DNA of 64,000 nucleotides from an uncultured bacterium (GCA_963736115.1 CAVTNR010000011.1:1-64000); one strand, 5' to 3'; positions 46,719 to 57,776 are shown, counted from the first letter of the stretch. Notes: generated by a model from the sequence alone, not told the origin. Made by a program: numbers and translations.

Positions 46719-48271
46719 GTGCGTCTCTCTCCTGCGTTGGTTAGGTAGATGCCCTTCAATCCCTCGACCGGGCAGCGCACGGCGCAGATGCCGCATCCCA
46801 CACAGGCATCCTCGACCACATAGGGCTGAAGCACGTTGTTCTCCCGGCCATCGATGGTCATCACGATCACTTCGCGGAAGCGGATGGCTTTTTCGGGGAC
46901 GGGACAATGCTCCTCGCAGACCATGCAGTTTTCGCCGTAGTACCAGGGAATGCACCGCGTCTTGTCGAAATGCGCGGTGCCCATTTTGACCGACTTCTTC
47001 TCCTCCACGGTCAGGCGGGGAATGGCGCCCGTCGGACAGACCTGTCCGCACAGATTGCATTCATGTTCGCAATATCCCTTGGGAGGCGACAGCAAGGGAG
47101 TGCCCAGTCCGTCCCACCCGGTTTGAAGGCCGGCCAGCTGCAGACCCTGACCGGATGTGGAACAGACGCGCACGCATTCTCCGCACCGGATGCATCGGTC
47201 GAGAAATTCATCCTCTATCCGGGCGGCAGGCGGGCGGATGACCAGGCCGCTTCGGACCGGGTCGGTGAAACGGGTTCTCGCCAGACCCGCCGCGAAGAGA
47301 CCGGTCAAACCGGCGCCCAGCAGTTTCCTGCGGGACAGGTCTACCGGAGTCGCGGAAGGTTTACGGACGAAACGGAAGCGGACAACCCGGTCCGGGCAAC
47401 CAGCCTGGCAGTCCATGCAGTTGATGCATTCCGCGTGACGAGTCGAAACATAATCCGCGGGAATGGCGTCCATCCGGCACTCGGCCGCGCAGAGTCCGCA
47501 GGCCCGGCATTTTTCTCCGACCGTGCGCCGGTACCAGCGGGTGCGCGACAGAACCCCGAGCAGTCCGCCCAGCGGACACAGGTAACGGCACCAGAACCGC
47601 CTCCGGATCAGCCCTGCCAGGAGAATGGCCAGAAACAGAACGGCGATCCAGAAGGCTCCGCTGAAATCGGATGGCGCCACGGGAAGAAAGGAGCCGTGCA
47701 GCCAGTCATCCGCGCGGCCGGCTGCGGATTCCAGGAAAGGGATGCCCGTTAAAAAAACGAGAAGGCCTTCGGCCATCCAGACAAAAACAGGGAAAATCAC
47801 AGCGGTCAGGGTGCGCGTCAGGATGGAAATCGGATCGAACCAACCCGCCATCTGAACGGAGAAAAAAGCAGCTGTCACCAGCGCGGCCAGCAGAAAATAT
47901 TTGACGCTTCTGAGCCGGGCGGATTCCGCTCCGGCGGACGCGCCGGTCTGCGCGTCCGCGCCTCGGCCGGACCGGCGTTTCCGGGCAGGGTTCGCGCAGT
48001 TGTCGAAACCGTCGATGACGGTGCCCATCGGACACACCCAACCGCAGAAAAACCGGCCGAGCAGGACGCCGGCCGCAACGAGGATTACAGCCCAGAGACA
48101 GGCCGGGATCCAGGAACGGGCGGCGACGGCAGCGGTGAAAGTTCCGAGGGGACTCAGGCGGAGGAAGGCGTCCACGGGAAGCCCGGTCTCCAGTGGATAA
48201 GAGGCCTTGATCCAGAACAGGATAAAAAGCAGAAGAAAGAAAACCTGTGAAATTCGTCTTGCGGTGCGCAT
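46715..48271 (-). CDS. Membrane-bound polyferredoxin (NapH/MauN-like fused to NapG/MauM-like 4Fe-4S domains)
   Basis: GRFFCGWVCPMG, RFWCRYLCPLG, several CxxCxxCxxxCP motifs, internal SRRKLL, RPP...CIRCGECVRVC. Confidence 0.88.
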   Translation of the reverse strand: MRTARRISQVFFLLLFILFWIKASYPLETGLPVDAFLRLSPLGTFTAAVAARSWIPACLWAVILVAAGVLLGRFFCGWVCPMGTVIDGFDNCANPARKRRSGRGADAQTGASAGAESARLRSVKYFLLAALVTAAFFSVQMAGWFDPISILTRTLTAVIFPVFVWMAEGLLVFLTGIPFLESAAGRADDWLHGSFLPVAPSDFSGAFWIAVLFLAILLAGLIRRRFWCRYLCPLGGLLGVLSRTRWYRRTVGEKCRACGLCAAECRMDAIPADYVSTRHAECINCMDCQAGCPDRVVRFRFVRKPSATPVDLSRRKLLGAGLTGLFAAGLARTRFTDPVRSGLVIRPPAARIEDEFLDRCIRCGECVRVCSTSGQGLQLAGLQTGWDGLGTPLLSPPKGYCEHECNLCGQVCPTGAIPRLTVEEKKSVKMGTAHFDKTRCIPWYYGENCMVCEEHCPVPEKAIRFREVIVMTIDGRENNVLQPYVVEDACVGCGICAVRCPVEGLKGIYLTNAGERRT

Positions 48272-48282
48272 GGAACGGTCCG

Positions 48283-49191
48283 TTAGGCGCCGAGGTTCAC
48301 GGTCCTGACGGACACGCGGCTGAGGTCATTCTCGCCGAGGCCCCTGCGTTTCGCCTCGGTCAGGAAGGGAATCCGGCCGGGATTCAGGCTGAACAGGGTC
48401 GCGCCGAATGCATCCACCGCGACGGGATCCGTCCCGGCGATGACGGTTCTGCGGAGGGAGACGTCCGAGAGATTGCCGCCGCTCGGTCCGTTCCGCGTCA
48501 GGACGCGGAATGCATCCAGGACGATGAGGTCGGGCCGGATGCGGGCGTTGAGATCCGCTATCTTCGGGGCGAAATCACGGTGAAACTGTCCGCGGTTTCC
48601 GCCGATGACGCCCATCAGATTTTTCATGCCGAGGGAGACACCGGCGTCCGGCACGCTGTGATGCTTGGCCGCCGGGACATTGATGAGCCGGTCCGCCTCC
48701 AGCACGTCTTCGTAAATTTCCCACGATCGGATCTTCTCGCCTTCCGGAAAGGCCACGGACTTGAACTTTCGCTCCGACACAAAGGAAACCTCGGCGCCGG
48801 CCTGGCGCGCGGCCTGTTCGATGCCGGTCCGCTTGTAGCACCGTCTGGGCTCGTTGAGCGTGTAGTCGAACACACGGACTTTTTTCGCGCCAGCCTCGAG
48901 GGCCATGCGGACCACTTCCGCCACCACGTCCGGATTGGTGGTGGCCCCCTGCTCCGGAACGCGGTCCCAGGCGATGTTGGGTTTCACCACGACCACGTCC
49001 CCGGGTTTGACGAATTTCCGCATGCCGCCGATTTCATCGACCGCCCGGCGCGCAAGCGCGGCGGGTGAACCGTCCCGGACCACGGCGATTTCGGTCGCAG
49101 GCGCTGAAAAGGCCGGGACGCTTTTTCGGAGAATCAGGGAACCGGTCGCCGCCCAGAGGGCGGTTCGTCCAAGGAACTGACGTCTGTCCAT
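48283..49191 (-). CDS. DUF362 domain protein with a Tat signal
   Basis: MDRRQFL twin-arginine motif; VVVKPNIAWDR, KHH, MKNLMG, DPVAVD. Confidence 0.85.
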   Translation of the reverse strand: MDRRQFLGRTALWAATGSLILRKSVPAFSAPATEIAVVRDGSPAALARRAVDEIGGMRKFVKPGDVVVVKPNIAWDRVPEQGATTNPDVVAEVVRMALEAGAKKVRVFDYTLNEPRRCYKRTGIEQAARQAGAEVSFVSERKFKSVAFPEGEKIRSWEIYEDVLEADRLINVPAAKHHSVPDAGVSLGMKNLMGVIGGNRGQFHRDFAPKIADLNARIRPDLIVLDAFRVLTRNGPSGGNLSDVSLRRTVIAGTDPVAVDAFGATLFSLNPGRIPFLTEAKRRGLGENDLSRVSVRTVNLGA

Positions 49192-49208
49192 GGGCCTTCC
49201 GTTCCGGT

Positions 49209-51680
49209 CTAATTGGTGTCCTGGGGCTTCACTGACTTGGGATGATCGACCTTTTTCTTGACCGATTCGGCGTCCACGAACTCGAGCCCGTCATCCTTGC
49301 AGCGGACCAGGATCTGTGCGCCGCCGGGGAAACGGTTCTTCAGAAGTTCCTCGGCCATCGGATCCTCCACGTACTTTCGCACAATGCGCCGGACCTGGCG
49401 GGCGCCGTATGTGGGGTCATACCCTTTGTCCACGAGGAATTCCTTGGCCTTGTCCGTGAAAACGACCTGCACGTTTCGATCCTGAAGCTCCTTCATGCTG
49501 GACTGCAGCGCCAGATCAACGATGCGGTGCATGTGCTCCCGGCGGAGCGGCCGGAACACCACGCTCTCGTCGATCCGGTTGATGAATTCCGGATTGAACA
49601 GCCTCTTGGTCTCCTCCAGCATGACGGACCGCATCGACTCGTAGTCGATTTCGTCCTCCTTCGCGCTGAATCCGTACGATCCTTTCCGGATCGCACGGGT
49701 GCCGATGTTGGAGGTCATGATCAGAATCGTGTTTTTAAAGTCGACTTTCCGGCCGAGTCCGTCGGTGAGATGGCCGTCATCTAGAATCTGAAGGAGCAGA
49801 TTGAAGACATCCGGATGGGCCTTTTCAATCTCGTCCAGCAAAACGACGGAATAGGGTCTCCGGCGCACTTTTTCCGTCAGCTGGCCCCCTTCCTCATATC
49901 CAACGTAGCCGGGAGGCGCGCCGGTCATCCGGGAGACGGCGAATTTTTCCATGAATTCCGACATGTCCATTCGGATCAGGGCGTTCTCATCGTCGAACAG
50001 ATACTCCGCGAGCACTTTGGCCAGATAGGTCTTGCCGACCCCGGTGGGCCCCAGGAAGAGAAATGAGCCGATCGGCCTGCGGGGATCCTTGAGACCCGCG
50101 CGCGTCCGGCAGATGGCCCGGCTCAGAATTTCGATGCTCTCGTCCTGGCCGATGACGCGCTGTTTCAGGAGCGAGGACATGGCGAGCAGTTTCTCGGACT
50201 CGGACTGGGCGACGCGGGAAATGGGAATGCCGGTCATCATCGAAACGACTTCAGCGATGTCGTCGGTCGTGACCGTGGCGAGGGCCTCCCCTTCCTCCTC
50301 CTCCCAGCGTTTCTTGGAGTCCTCGAGATCCGTCTGCAGTTTCTTCTCCCGGTCCCGCAACACGGCGGCTTTCTCGAATTCCTGGTTCCGGATCACGTTT
50401 TCCTTCTCGGTGCGGATGACCTTGAGACGCTCCTCGAACATGGTGATCTCGCGCGGAACGGCGATGTTGGCCAGATGCACCTTGGATCCGGCCTCGTCCA
50501 GCACGTCAATGGCCTTGTCCGGCAGAAACTTGTCGGTGATATAGCGGTCGGATAGACGCACGCAGGATTCGACGGCGTCCTCGGCATAGCGGATCCGGTG
50601 ATGCTTTTCATAACGCTCCCGCAGACCGAACAGAATGCGGATCGTATCCTCTACCGAGGGCGGGTCGACGATCACTTTCTGAAAACGACGCTCCAGGGCC
50701 CCGTCCTTCTCGATGTACTGCCGATACTCGTCCAGAGTGGTCGCGCCGATGCACTGCAGTTCCCCGCGGGCCAGTGCGGGCTTGAACATGTTCGATGCAT
50801 CCAGGGATCCGGACGCGCCGCCGGCCCCGACGATCGTGTGCAGTTCGTCGATGAACAGGATGATGTTCTTTGATTTACCGAGCTCGTTCATGATGGCTTT
50901 CATGCGCTCTTCAAACTGGCCGCGGTATTTCGTGCCCGCCACGATGGCGCCGAGGTCCAGCGTCACCACGCGCTTGTTGTGGAGGACGCGCGACACGTTC
51001 TTTTCAATGATGCGCATGGCCAGGCCTTCGGCGATGGCGGTCTTGCCGACGCCCGGTTCGCCGATGAGGACGGGATTGTTCTTCTTCCGACGGGAGAGGA
51101 TCTGGGCGACCCGCCGGATTTCGTTTTCGCGCCCGATGACGGGATCCAGGTCCCCCTTCTGCGCGAGCACGGTCAGGTCCCGGCCGAAATGGTCGAGCGC
51201 CGGGGTTTGCGATTTGCTTTTCGGTTCCTTCTGGCTGGACGTGCCCCGCAGGACGTTTTCCAGCTCTTCGAGAACGGACTCGTAAGTGACATCGAAGCTT
51301 GAGAGCACCTGCGCGGCGATGCCTTCCTGGTCGCGGAGCAGTGCCAGCAGCAGATGTTCGGTTCCGATCACATTGGATTTGAAACGTTCTGCTTCGGCGG
51401 TGGCCACCCGGAGAACACGTTCGGCCCGCTTTGTGAACGGAATATTGCCCACGGTGATGGTGCCGCCGGATGATTTGACAGTGTCCTCGACCGCTTTTTT
51501 CAGTTCCTCCAGGTCCAGGTCCATATTCTGAAAGATCTCAATGGCAACGCCTCCGCCCTCCTTGATAAGGCCGAGCAGGAGGTGCTCCGTGCCGATGTAG
51601 TCATGGCCGAGCCGCAACGCTTCTTCCCTGGAGAGCTGAATGACGAGCTGTACGCGTTGCGAAAAATTATTCTTGATCAT
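49209..51680 (-). CDS. clpC: ATP-dependent Clp protease ATP-binding subunit ClpC
   Basis: Clp N repeats (IGTEHLLL), [11 protein letters not shown]-type middle domain ([11 protein letters not shown]), [20 protein letters not shown]. Confidence 0.95.
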   Translation of the reverse strand: MIKNNFSQRVQLVIQLSREEALRLGHDYIGTEHLLLGLIKEGGGVAIEIFQNMDLDLEELKKAVEDTVKSSGGTITVGNIPFTKRAERVLRVATAEAERFKSNVIGTEHLLLALLRDQEGIAAQVLSSFDVTYESVLEELENVLRGTSSQKEPKSKSQTPALDHFGRDLTVLAQKGDLDPVIGRENEIRRVAQILSRRKKNNPVLIGEPGVGKTAIAEGLAMRIIEKNVSRVLHNKRVVTLDLGAIVAGTKYRGQFEERMKAIMNELGKSKNIILFIDELHTIVGAGGASGSLDASNMFKPALARGELQCIGATTLDEYRQYIEKDGALERRFQKVIVDPPSVEDTIRILFGLRERYEKHHRIRYAEDAVESCVRLSDRYITDKFLPDKAIDVLDEAGSKVHLANIAVPREITMFEERLKVIRTEKENVIRNQEFEKAAVLRDREKKLQTDLEDSKKRWEEEEGEALATVTTDDIAEVVSMMTGIPISRVAQSESEKLLAMSSLLKQRVIGQDESIEILSRAICRTRAGLKDPRRPIGSFLFLGPTGVGKTYLAKVLAEYLFDDENALIRMDMSEFMEKFAVSRMTGAPPGYVGYEEGGQLTEKVRRRPYSVVLLDEIEKAHPDVFNLLLQILDDGHLTDGLGRKVDFKNTILIMTSNIGTRAIRKGSYGFSAKEDEIDYESMRSVMLEETKRLFNPEFINRIDESVVFRPLRREHMHRIVDLALQSSMKELQDRNVQVVFTDKAKEFLVDKGYDPTYGARQVRRIVRKYVEDPMAEELLKNRFPGGAQILVRCKDDGLEFVDAESVKKKVDHPKSVKPQDTN

Positions 51681-51727
51681 GGCATAAGTCCTTTATTCTG
51701 AGAAAAATGACAACCCAGAAATGATAT

Positions 51728-51742
51728 GCAAATATCAGGCCA
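51728..51742 (-). promoter_or_regulatory. Putative sigma54 -24/-12 promoter for clpC
   Basis: Minus strand TGGCCTGATATTTGC(A), 47 nt before the clpC ATG. Confidence 0.68.
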
Positions 51743-51790
51743 TCAAACCGGGTCAGTCATCACCAAGAAAGGCGTCTAACATCATATTTT

Positions 51791-52486
51791 TCATGATTGC
51801 TTGATTCTACCGTCTATCATCTCGATGACCCGGTCTGCCTTTTTGGCCAGGTCTGGATTATGAGTGACCACCACAAACGACATGTTTTCCTGCCGGACCC
51901 TGTTCCACATCAGTTCATGCAATGCGTCGCTGTTTGCGCGGTCCAGGTTACCCGAGGGTTCGTCCGCCAGGACCAGAACCGGATTGTTGACCAGCGCGCG
52001 CGCGAAAGCGATCCGCTGCTGTTCGCCGCCGGACAGCTCTCTCGGCTTGTGGGACCTGCGGTTCGAAAGACCCATGGCATCGAGAAGCATTCTGGAGCGC
52101 CGGAAGGCGGAATCGGGGGTCTCACGGGCGATCAGGGCCGGCATGGCGACATTCTCCTCCGCGCTGAAGTCCGGCAGGAGATGGTGGAACTGAAAGACAA
52201 ATCCGATGCGCCGGTTGCGGAAACCGGACAAGCGCGAATCGTTCATTGAAAAAACGGGAACGGATTCGATGGAAATCCTTCCCCGGGTGGGCCGGTCCAG
52301 AGCGCCGAGGATGTGCAAAAGGGTGCTTTTACCGGCGCCGGACGGGCCGATCACGGCGAGAATCTCCCCACGGACGATCTTGAGGTCAATCCCCTTCAGG
52401 ACCGGAAGCGTACGGTTGCCCGCGATCGGGAAGGATTTATGGATATCTTCTGCTGAAAGCAGCACGTTGGATTCGGCTTTATTCAT
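51791..52486 (-). CDS. lolD: Lipoprotein-releasing ABC transporter ATPase
   Basis: GPSGAGKST, FVFQFHHLL, LSGGEQQR, LADEPSGNLD. Confidence 0.9.
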   Translation of the reverse strand: MNKAESNVLLSAEDIHKSFPIAGNRTLPVLKGIDLKIVRGEILAVIGPSGAGKSTLLHILGALDRPTRGRISIESVPVFSMNDSRLSGFRNRRIGFVFQFHHLLPDFSAEENVAMPALIARETPDSAFRRSRMLLDAMGLSNRRSHKPRELSGGEQQRIAFARALVNNPVLVLADEPSGNLDRANSDALHELMWNRVRQENMSFVVVTHNPDLAKKADRVIEMIDGRIKQS

Positions 52487-53726
52487 ACCGGATCGCCTCC
52501 ACGGGAACCAGGTCGGCCGCTTTTTTGGCAGGATAAATCGAGGCGACGAGGCAGATCAGGACGGAGGCCAGGCCGATGTACAGGAAGTCCGTCCCCTGCA
52601 TCCGGACGGGCATGACGCTGATGAAGTATACGTCTCCCGGAAGCGAGATGAACTTATAGGTCTGCTGGGCCCAGCACAAGCCGTATCCGATGGCCAGGCC
52701 GAGTGCGGTGCCGACGATTCCCACGCCCACGCCGAGGAACAGAAAAAGCCGCATCACGCCTCCGGAGGTCGCGCCGATGGATTTCAGAATGCCGATCTCC
52801 TTCGTTTTCTCCATGACGACCATGATGATGGTGCTGATGATGTTGAATGCCGCCACCATGATGATCAGCGACAGGATGATGAACATGGCCATTTTTTCGA
52901 GCTGCATCCAGGAAAACAGGTTCTTCCGCATCTCGAACCAGGTCATCGGATAATAGGGGAATCCGAGGCGTTTCTCGATTGTGTCGACCACGTCGTCCGC
53001 CTTGTACAGGTCGTCCAGCCTCAGTTCGATGCCCGAAACGCGTTCGCCCATTTTGAAAAGTTCCTGCGCGGCTCCGTTCGAGATGTAGACGTAGGTGTTG
53101 TCATATTCATACATGCCGGTCTCGAAATAACCCGTGACGATGAACTGCTTGACGGGCGGCATCTGAAGCATGGAGCGGATGCCCGACGGACTGAACAGGG
53201 TAACCACATCGCCGGGTTCCGCGAGAAGCCGGTCGGCCAGATAGCGTCCGAGAACGATGCCGGGCAGTGTCCGGCCGTCGCCGCGCGGAACGGGGCCCAG
53301 ATCGAGCCGGCCGTACGCCATGTTCCGGGAGAGGTCGGAGACCTCGTCGAGGGTTCCCGGATCGGCGCCCCGGATGAGGCAGCCGTCGTTCCGGTCGCCG
53401 GCCTGGATCATCCCTTTTTCAAGGATGTAGGGGGAAAGGCCGATGACGTGCGGAATGCCCCGCATTTTCTCCATGACGGCGGCCGGGTCGGAGATGCCGT
53501 CGTCGTGATAGCTGCGGACCCGGATGTGGGTGTCGAAACCGATGATGCGTGAACGAACCTCGGATTCGAATCCGTTCATGACCGACAGGACGATGATCAG
53601 TGCCGCCACGCCGATGGTGACTCCGAGGATCGAGATCCAGGCGATCAGGGTGATGAAGCCCGTTCGCCGCCGGGCGCTGAGGTACCGGCGGGCGACGAAC
53701 CATTCATACGGGATCCAGTTCTTCAT
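52479..53726 (-). CDS. lolE: Lipoprotein-releasing ABC transporter permease (LolC/E family)
   Basis: ARRYL, IGVAALIIVLSVMNGFE, VAAFNII, EIGILKSIG. Confidence 0.88.
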   Translation of the reverse strand: MKNWIPYEWFVARRYLSARRRTGFITLIAWISILGVTIGVAALIIVLSVMNGFESEVRSRIIGFDTHIRVRSYHDDGISDPAAVMEKMRGIPHVIGLSPYILEKGMIQAGDRNDGCLIRGADPGTLDEVSDLSRNMAYGRLDLGPVPRGDGRTLPGIVLGRYLADRLLAEPGDVVTLFSPSGIRSMLQMPPVKQFIVTGYFETGMYEYDNTYVYISNGAAQELFKMGERVSGIELRLDDLYKADDVVDTIEKRLGFPYYPMTWFEMRKNLFSWMQLEKMAMFIILSLIIMVAAFNIISTIIMVVMEKTKEIGILKSIGATSGGVMRLFLFLGVGVGIVGTALGLAIGYGLCWAQQTYKFISLPGDVYFISVMPVRMQGTDFLYIGLASVLICLVASIYPAKKAADLVPVEAIRYE

Positions 53727-53751
53727 CGGTTTCCGTTCTCCGGCCGGCGTT

Positions 53752-55254
53752 TCACGCGGACTGTTCCGGCCGCATCGCCGGGAAGAGGATGACGTCGCGG
53801 ATGGACGGCGCGTCCGTCAGCAGCATGGTCAGGCGGTCGACGCCGATACCCAGTCCGGCCGTGGGCGGCATGCCGTATTCCAGAGCCCGCAGAAAATCCT
53901 CGTCCAGCAGCATGGCCTCTTCATCGCCAGCCGCGCGGAGTCCCGCCTGCTCCTGGAAACGCCGTCTCTGGTCGAGCGGATCATTCAGTTCGCTGAAGGC
54001 GTTGCAGAGCTCGCGGCCCGCGACGAACCCTTCAAACCGTTCGACCAGACCGGGCAAGGAACGGTGTTTCTTGGCAAGTGGCGAAAGCTCGATCGGGTAA
54101 TCCGTGATGAACGTCGGCTGGACCAGATGCGGCTGGACGGTCTGCGAGAAAATTTCATCCAGCCATTTCCCCCGGCCCGGACTGCCTTCGATCTGGAGGC
54201 GCAGTTTTGAGGCGAACGTTTTCAGCCGGGGAATATCCATGCCGGAGCAGTCCTCCCCCGTGTGCCTTTGGATCGCCTCGAAAAACGGAATCCGCTCCCA
54301 GGGCGGCGTGAAGCGGAGTTCGGTTCCCTGGTGGCTCACCGTTCCGGCGCCGAGGACGTTCAGGCAAACCGCATGGACCATGTCCTCGACCAGGGACTGC
54401 ATGAAAACATAGTCGCGGTAGGCGACGTACAGTTCCATCATGGTGAATTCCGGGTTGTGGTCCCGGTCCATCCCCTCGTTGCGGAAATCCTTGGCGATTT
54501 CAAAAACACCTTCGAATCCGCCCACCAGGAGTCGCTTGAGATAGAGTTCATCGGCGATGCGGAGATACAGCGGCATATCCAGGGCATGGTGGTGGGTGGT
54601 GAAGGGGCGGGCAAAGGCGCCTCCGTACTGCGGTTGAAGCGCCGGCGTTTCCACCTCGAGGTAACCCAGGCCTTCCAGATACCGCCTCATTTCCGAAACA
54701 ATCCGTGAACGCAGGATGAAGGTTCTGCGTACGTCCGGATTGACGACCAGGTCGGCATAACGCTGGCGATACCGGGTCTCTTTGTCGGCGAACGCGTCAT
54801 ACACGGTTTTTTCGTCGCCTTCGATTTTTTCCTTGACGATGGGCAGCGGTCTCAGGGATTTGGTCAGAAGCGTCAGCTCCGCGGCCTGAATCGTGGTCTC
54901 CCCTGTCCGGGTCCGGAAAACATCTCCTTTTACGCCGATAAAATCCCCCAGGTCGAGCAGGCGGAAGATTGCGTATCCAGCTTCGCCCAGCCGGTCCTGC
55001 GCGAAGTAAACCTGAATGCGGCCGGAGGCATCCGCGATGTGGGCGAAGCTCGCCTTTCCCATGCGGCGGAGCGACACCAGGCGGCCCGCCACGGCCGTGG
55101 TCAAGGAGGCTTCGCCGCCCGACTCGAAGGCGCCGTGCACTTCGGCGGCCGAATGGGTGCGGTCGAAGGCATAGGTGTAGGGATCGATACCGAGAGATTC
55201 CAGTTTTTCAAGTTTTTCGATGCGCTGCCGGCGCAATTCTTCCAGAGGGTCCAA
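53752..55254 (-). CDS. lysS: Lysine--tRNA ligase (class II)
   Basis: RYRQRY, EVETP, YLRIADELYLKRL, HNPEFT, ALEYGMPPTAGLGIGVDRL. Confidence 0.97.
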   Translation of the reverse strand: MDPLEELRRQRIEKLEKLESLGIDPYTYAFDRTHSAAEVHGAFESGGEASLTTAVAGRLVSLRRMGKASFAHIADASGRIQVYFAQDRLGEAGYAIFRLLDLGDFIGVKGDVFRTRTGETTIQAAELTLLTKSLRPLPIVKEKIEGDEKTVYDAFADKETRYRQRYADLVVNPDVRRTFILRSRIVSEMRRYLEGLGYLEVETPALQPQYGGAFARPFTTHHHALDMPLYLRIADELYLKRLLVGGFEGVFEIAKDFRNEGMDRDHNPEFTMMELYVAYRDYVFMQSLVEDMVHAVCLNVLGAGTVSHQGTELRFTPPWERIPFFEAIQRHTGEDCSGMDIPRLKTFASKLRLQIEGSPGRGKWLDEIFSQTVQPHLVQPTFITDYPIELSPLAKKHRSLPGLVERFEGFVAGRELCNAFSELNDPLDQRRRFQEQAGLRAAGDEEAMLLDEDFLRALEYGMPPTAGLGIGVDRLTMLLTDAPSIRDVILFPAMRPEQSA

Positions 55255-55265
55255 ACCGCTTTCTC

Positions 55266-56364
55266 CTATCGGTTGAATTCGAGCAAGTAAGCCTTGATGA
55301 AGGCGTCCAGGGCCCCGTCCATGACCGACTGCACATCGGATGTCTCGGTGTCGGTCCGGTGGTCCTTCACCATGTTATAGGGGTGAAAAACGTAGGAGCG
55401 GATCTGATTGCCCCACGAAATGTCCTTTTTCTGCTTCTCCATCGCCTCGAACTTCCGGCCCTCCTCCTCCTTCCGGAGCTGGTAAATCCGGGCCGTCAGC
55501 ATCTTCATCGCGTTTGCCTTGTTCTGGTGCTGGGACCGTTCGTTCTGGCACTGTGTCACGATGCCGGTCGGAAGGTGGGTGATCCGGACTGCTGAACTGG
55601 TCTTGTTGACGTGCTGGCCGCCCGCGCCTGAGGACCGGTAGGTGTCGATCCGGAGTTCCGAGGGATCGATGGTGACATTGATGGATTCTTCGATTTCCGG
55701 GTAGACGAAAACGGATGCGAAGGACGTGTGCCGGCGCTTGTTCGCGTCGAATGGAGAAATGCGCACGAGCCGGTGGACGCCGGCCTCGGCCTTCAGGTAC
55801 CCATAGGCGTTCGTTCCCTTGATCTCGATGGAGGCGCTCTTCAGACCAGCCTCGTCCCCGTCCTGGTAGTCCATGACATCGACCTGGTAATGATGACGCT
55901 CGGCGAAGCGTAGATACATCCGGAACAGCATTTCCGCCCAGTCCTGCGATTCGGTGCCGCCGGCGCCCGGATGGATGGTGAGGATGGCATTCCGGGCGTC
56001 ATCCTCGCCGCCGAGCATGCGCCGCAGTTCCAGGTCGGCCAGCGCTTCGTCGAGACGGACCCGGCCCCGCTCCACCTCTGCGAGTGCCGATGCATCGTTC
56101 TCTTCTGTCGCCAGACCGAGAAATCCCGAGAGGTCGTCGAACTGGGCGCGGATTGAATCCCACTGGCCGGTCCAGCTTTTCAGCTCGGTGATCTGTCTCA
56201 GGATGCCCTGGGCTTTCTCGTTGTCGTTCCAGAAATCGGGCCGGGCGGTGAGTTGTTCCAGCTGAAGCGCCTTTTCTTTCCTGGACGCGATGTCAAAGAT
56301 GCCTCCAGAGATTCTGAATGCGTTCTTCGTCGGATGCGAGCAGGCGCTTGAGTTCTTCGGACAT
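55266..56364 (-). CDS. prfB: Peptide chain release factor 2, with a programmed +1 frameshift at 56292-56298
   Basis: Short first frame MSEELK...WRHL ends at CTT TGA C, with an internal SD-like GGAGG just upstream. The second frame contains GGTESQDWA, SPF and GAGGQ. Confidence 0.95.
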
Positions 56365-56369
56365 GCGGT

Positions 56370-57644
56370 TCAGTTCCTCTCGGTTTTCAGGAGTGCCGGT
56401 CCGGGTACCGTGATGACGCCCTGCAGGGCGGATTCGGCCACCGTGGCCGGACTGGCCAGGTACACTTCGGACGAGGGCGAACCCATCCGTCCCTTGAAAT
56501 TCCGGTTGGTAGTGGAAATGCAGACTTCCCCGTCGGCCAGGATGCCCTGATGTGCGCCCAGACACGGACCACAGCCGGGGTTGCAGACCGTGACGCCCGC
56601 GGCGAGAAGGGTTTCCAGTACTCCCCCGGACGCCATTTCCCGGAGGATAGTCCGGGACGCGGGAATGGCGATACAGCGCACGTCCGGATGAATCCGCTTC
56701 CCCGCCATCCGTTCGGCCGCGATCCGGAAGTCGTCCAGCCTTCCGTTCGTGCAGGATCCCAGAAAAGCCTGGTGAATGCGGCGTCCGGCCATTTCGGCCA
56801 CGGGCTTCACGTTGTCCACCTGATGGGGACAGGCGATTTGAGGAACGAGTTCCTCCGCCTGGACTGAAAAGCTTGCCTGGACATCCGCATCCGGATCCGC
56901 TGACGGCGCATCCGGATCCGTGCCGGCCGCGGATTCGAGAAAAGCGGCAGTCGTCCGGTCACAGGGGACAAACGCGCATTTTGCGCCCATTTCCATGGAT
57001 AGGTTACAAAGCGTGAAGCGTTCGGAAACACTCATCGCGTCGACCGTTCCGCCGCTGAATTCCACGCTGCGGTAATCGGCCCCGGCGCTCCCGAGCCGGC
57101 CGATCAGCGAAAGAATCAGGTCCTTCGCGTAAACGTCGCCGGGGAGACGCCCCTCGATGCGGATTCGAATGGTTTCCGGGACCCGGAGCCATGTCTTCCC
57201 GGTCGCCCAGACCGCGGCCATTTCGGTGGCGCCGATGCCAGTGGACAGGGCGCAAACGCAGCCGTAGGAAGTGGTGTGGGAATCTGTGCCCAGAATCAGC
57301 TGTCCGGGCAGGGCGTGTCCTTTTTCAAGCATTATCTGATGACAGATCCCCTCACCGATGTCATAAAAACGGCTGATCCCCTGTTGTCTCACAAATTCCC
57401 GGATAGCCTTGTGACCGTTGGCGGTCTTCAGTGATTCCGCGGGAGTCCGGTGATCCAGCGGGATGACGATTTTGTCGGGATTCCATACGGAGGAAACGCC
57501 GATTTCCTCGAATTGCCGGATCACCAGGGCCGCATTGTCGTGGGACATGACCATGTCGGGTTCAACGACTACGATTTCGCCTATTTTTACCGATTCTTTT
57601 CCGGCTTTTTTCGCAAGTATTTTCTGAACAAGAGTTTGGCTCAT
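56370..57644 (-). CDS. Aconitase-family large subunit (3-isopropylmalate dehydratase / homoaconitase, LeuC type 2 / HacA-like)
   Basis: MSHDN, DH, GICHQ, DSHT, GSCTNGR, CGPCLG, STTNRNFKGRMG. Confidence 0.9.
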   Translation of the reverse strand: MSQTLVQKILAKKAGKESVKIGEIVVVEPDMVMSHDNAALVIRQFEEIGVSSVWNPDKIVIPLDHRTPAESLKTANGHKAIREFVRQQGISRFYDIGEGICHQIMLEKGHALPGQLILGTDSHTTSYGCVCALSTGIGATEMAAVWATGKTWLRVPETIRIRIEGRLPGDVYAKDLILSLIGRLGSAGADYRSVEFSGGTVDAMSVSERFTLCNLSMEMGAKCAFVPCDRTTAAFLESAAGTDPDAPSADPDADVQASFSVQAEELVPQIACPHQVDNVKPVAEMAGRRIHQAFLGSCTNGRLDDFRIAAERMAGKRIHPDVRCIAIPASRTILREMASGGVLETLLAAGVTVCNPGCGPCLGAHQGILADGEVCISTTNRNFKGRMGSPSSEVYLASPATVAESALQGVITVPGPALLKTERN

Positions 57645-57679
57645 ATTGGTTCCGGGTTGTATCCGCGGTTCAAAAAATA

Positions 57680-57708
57680 AATTTACCGAAAAAGTACATT
57701 AAAGTCAA
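57680..57708 (-). promoter_or_regulatory. Sigma70-type promoter for the leuC-like/prfB/lysS unit
   Basis: Minus strand TTGACT-17 nt-TAAATT. Confidence 0.68.
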
Positions 57709-57729
57709 GGCAATAACCAATTGAAAATC

Positions 57730-57776
57730 AAAAAAATAAAAGACCGTCCCGGTATTGCCGGAAACGGCCTTTTTTC
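57730..57776. terminator. Probable (bidirectional) terminator after dapD
   Basis: A-run, imperfect stem GACCGTCCCGG/CCGGAAACGGCC, then a T-run. Confidence 0.55.
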
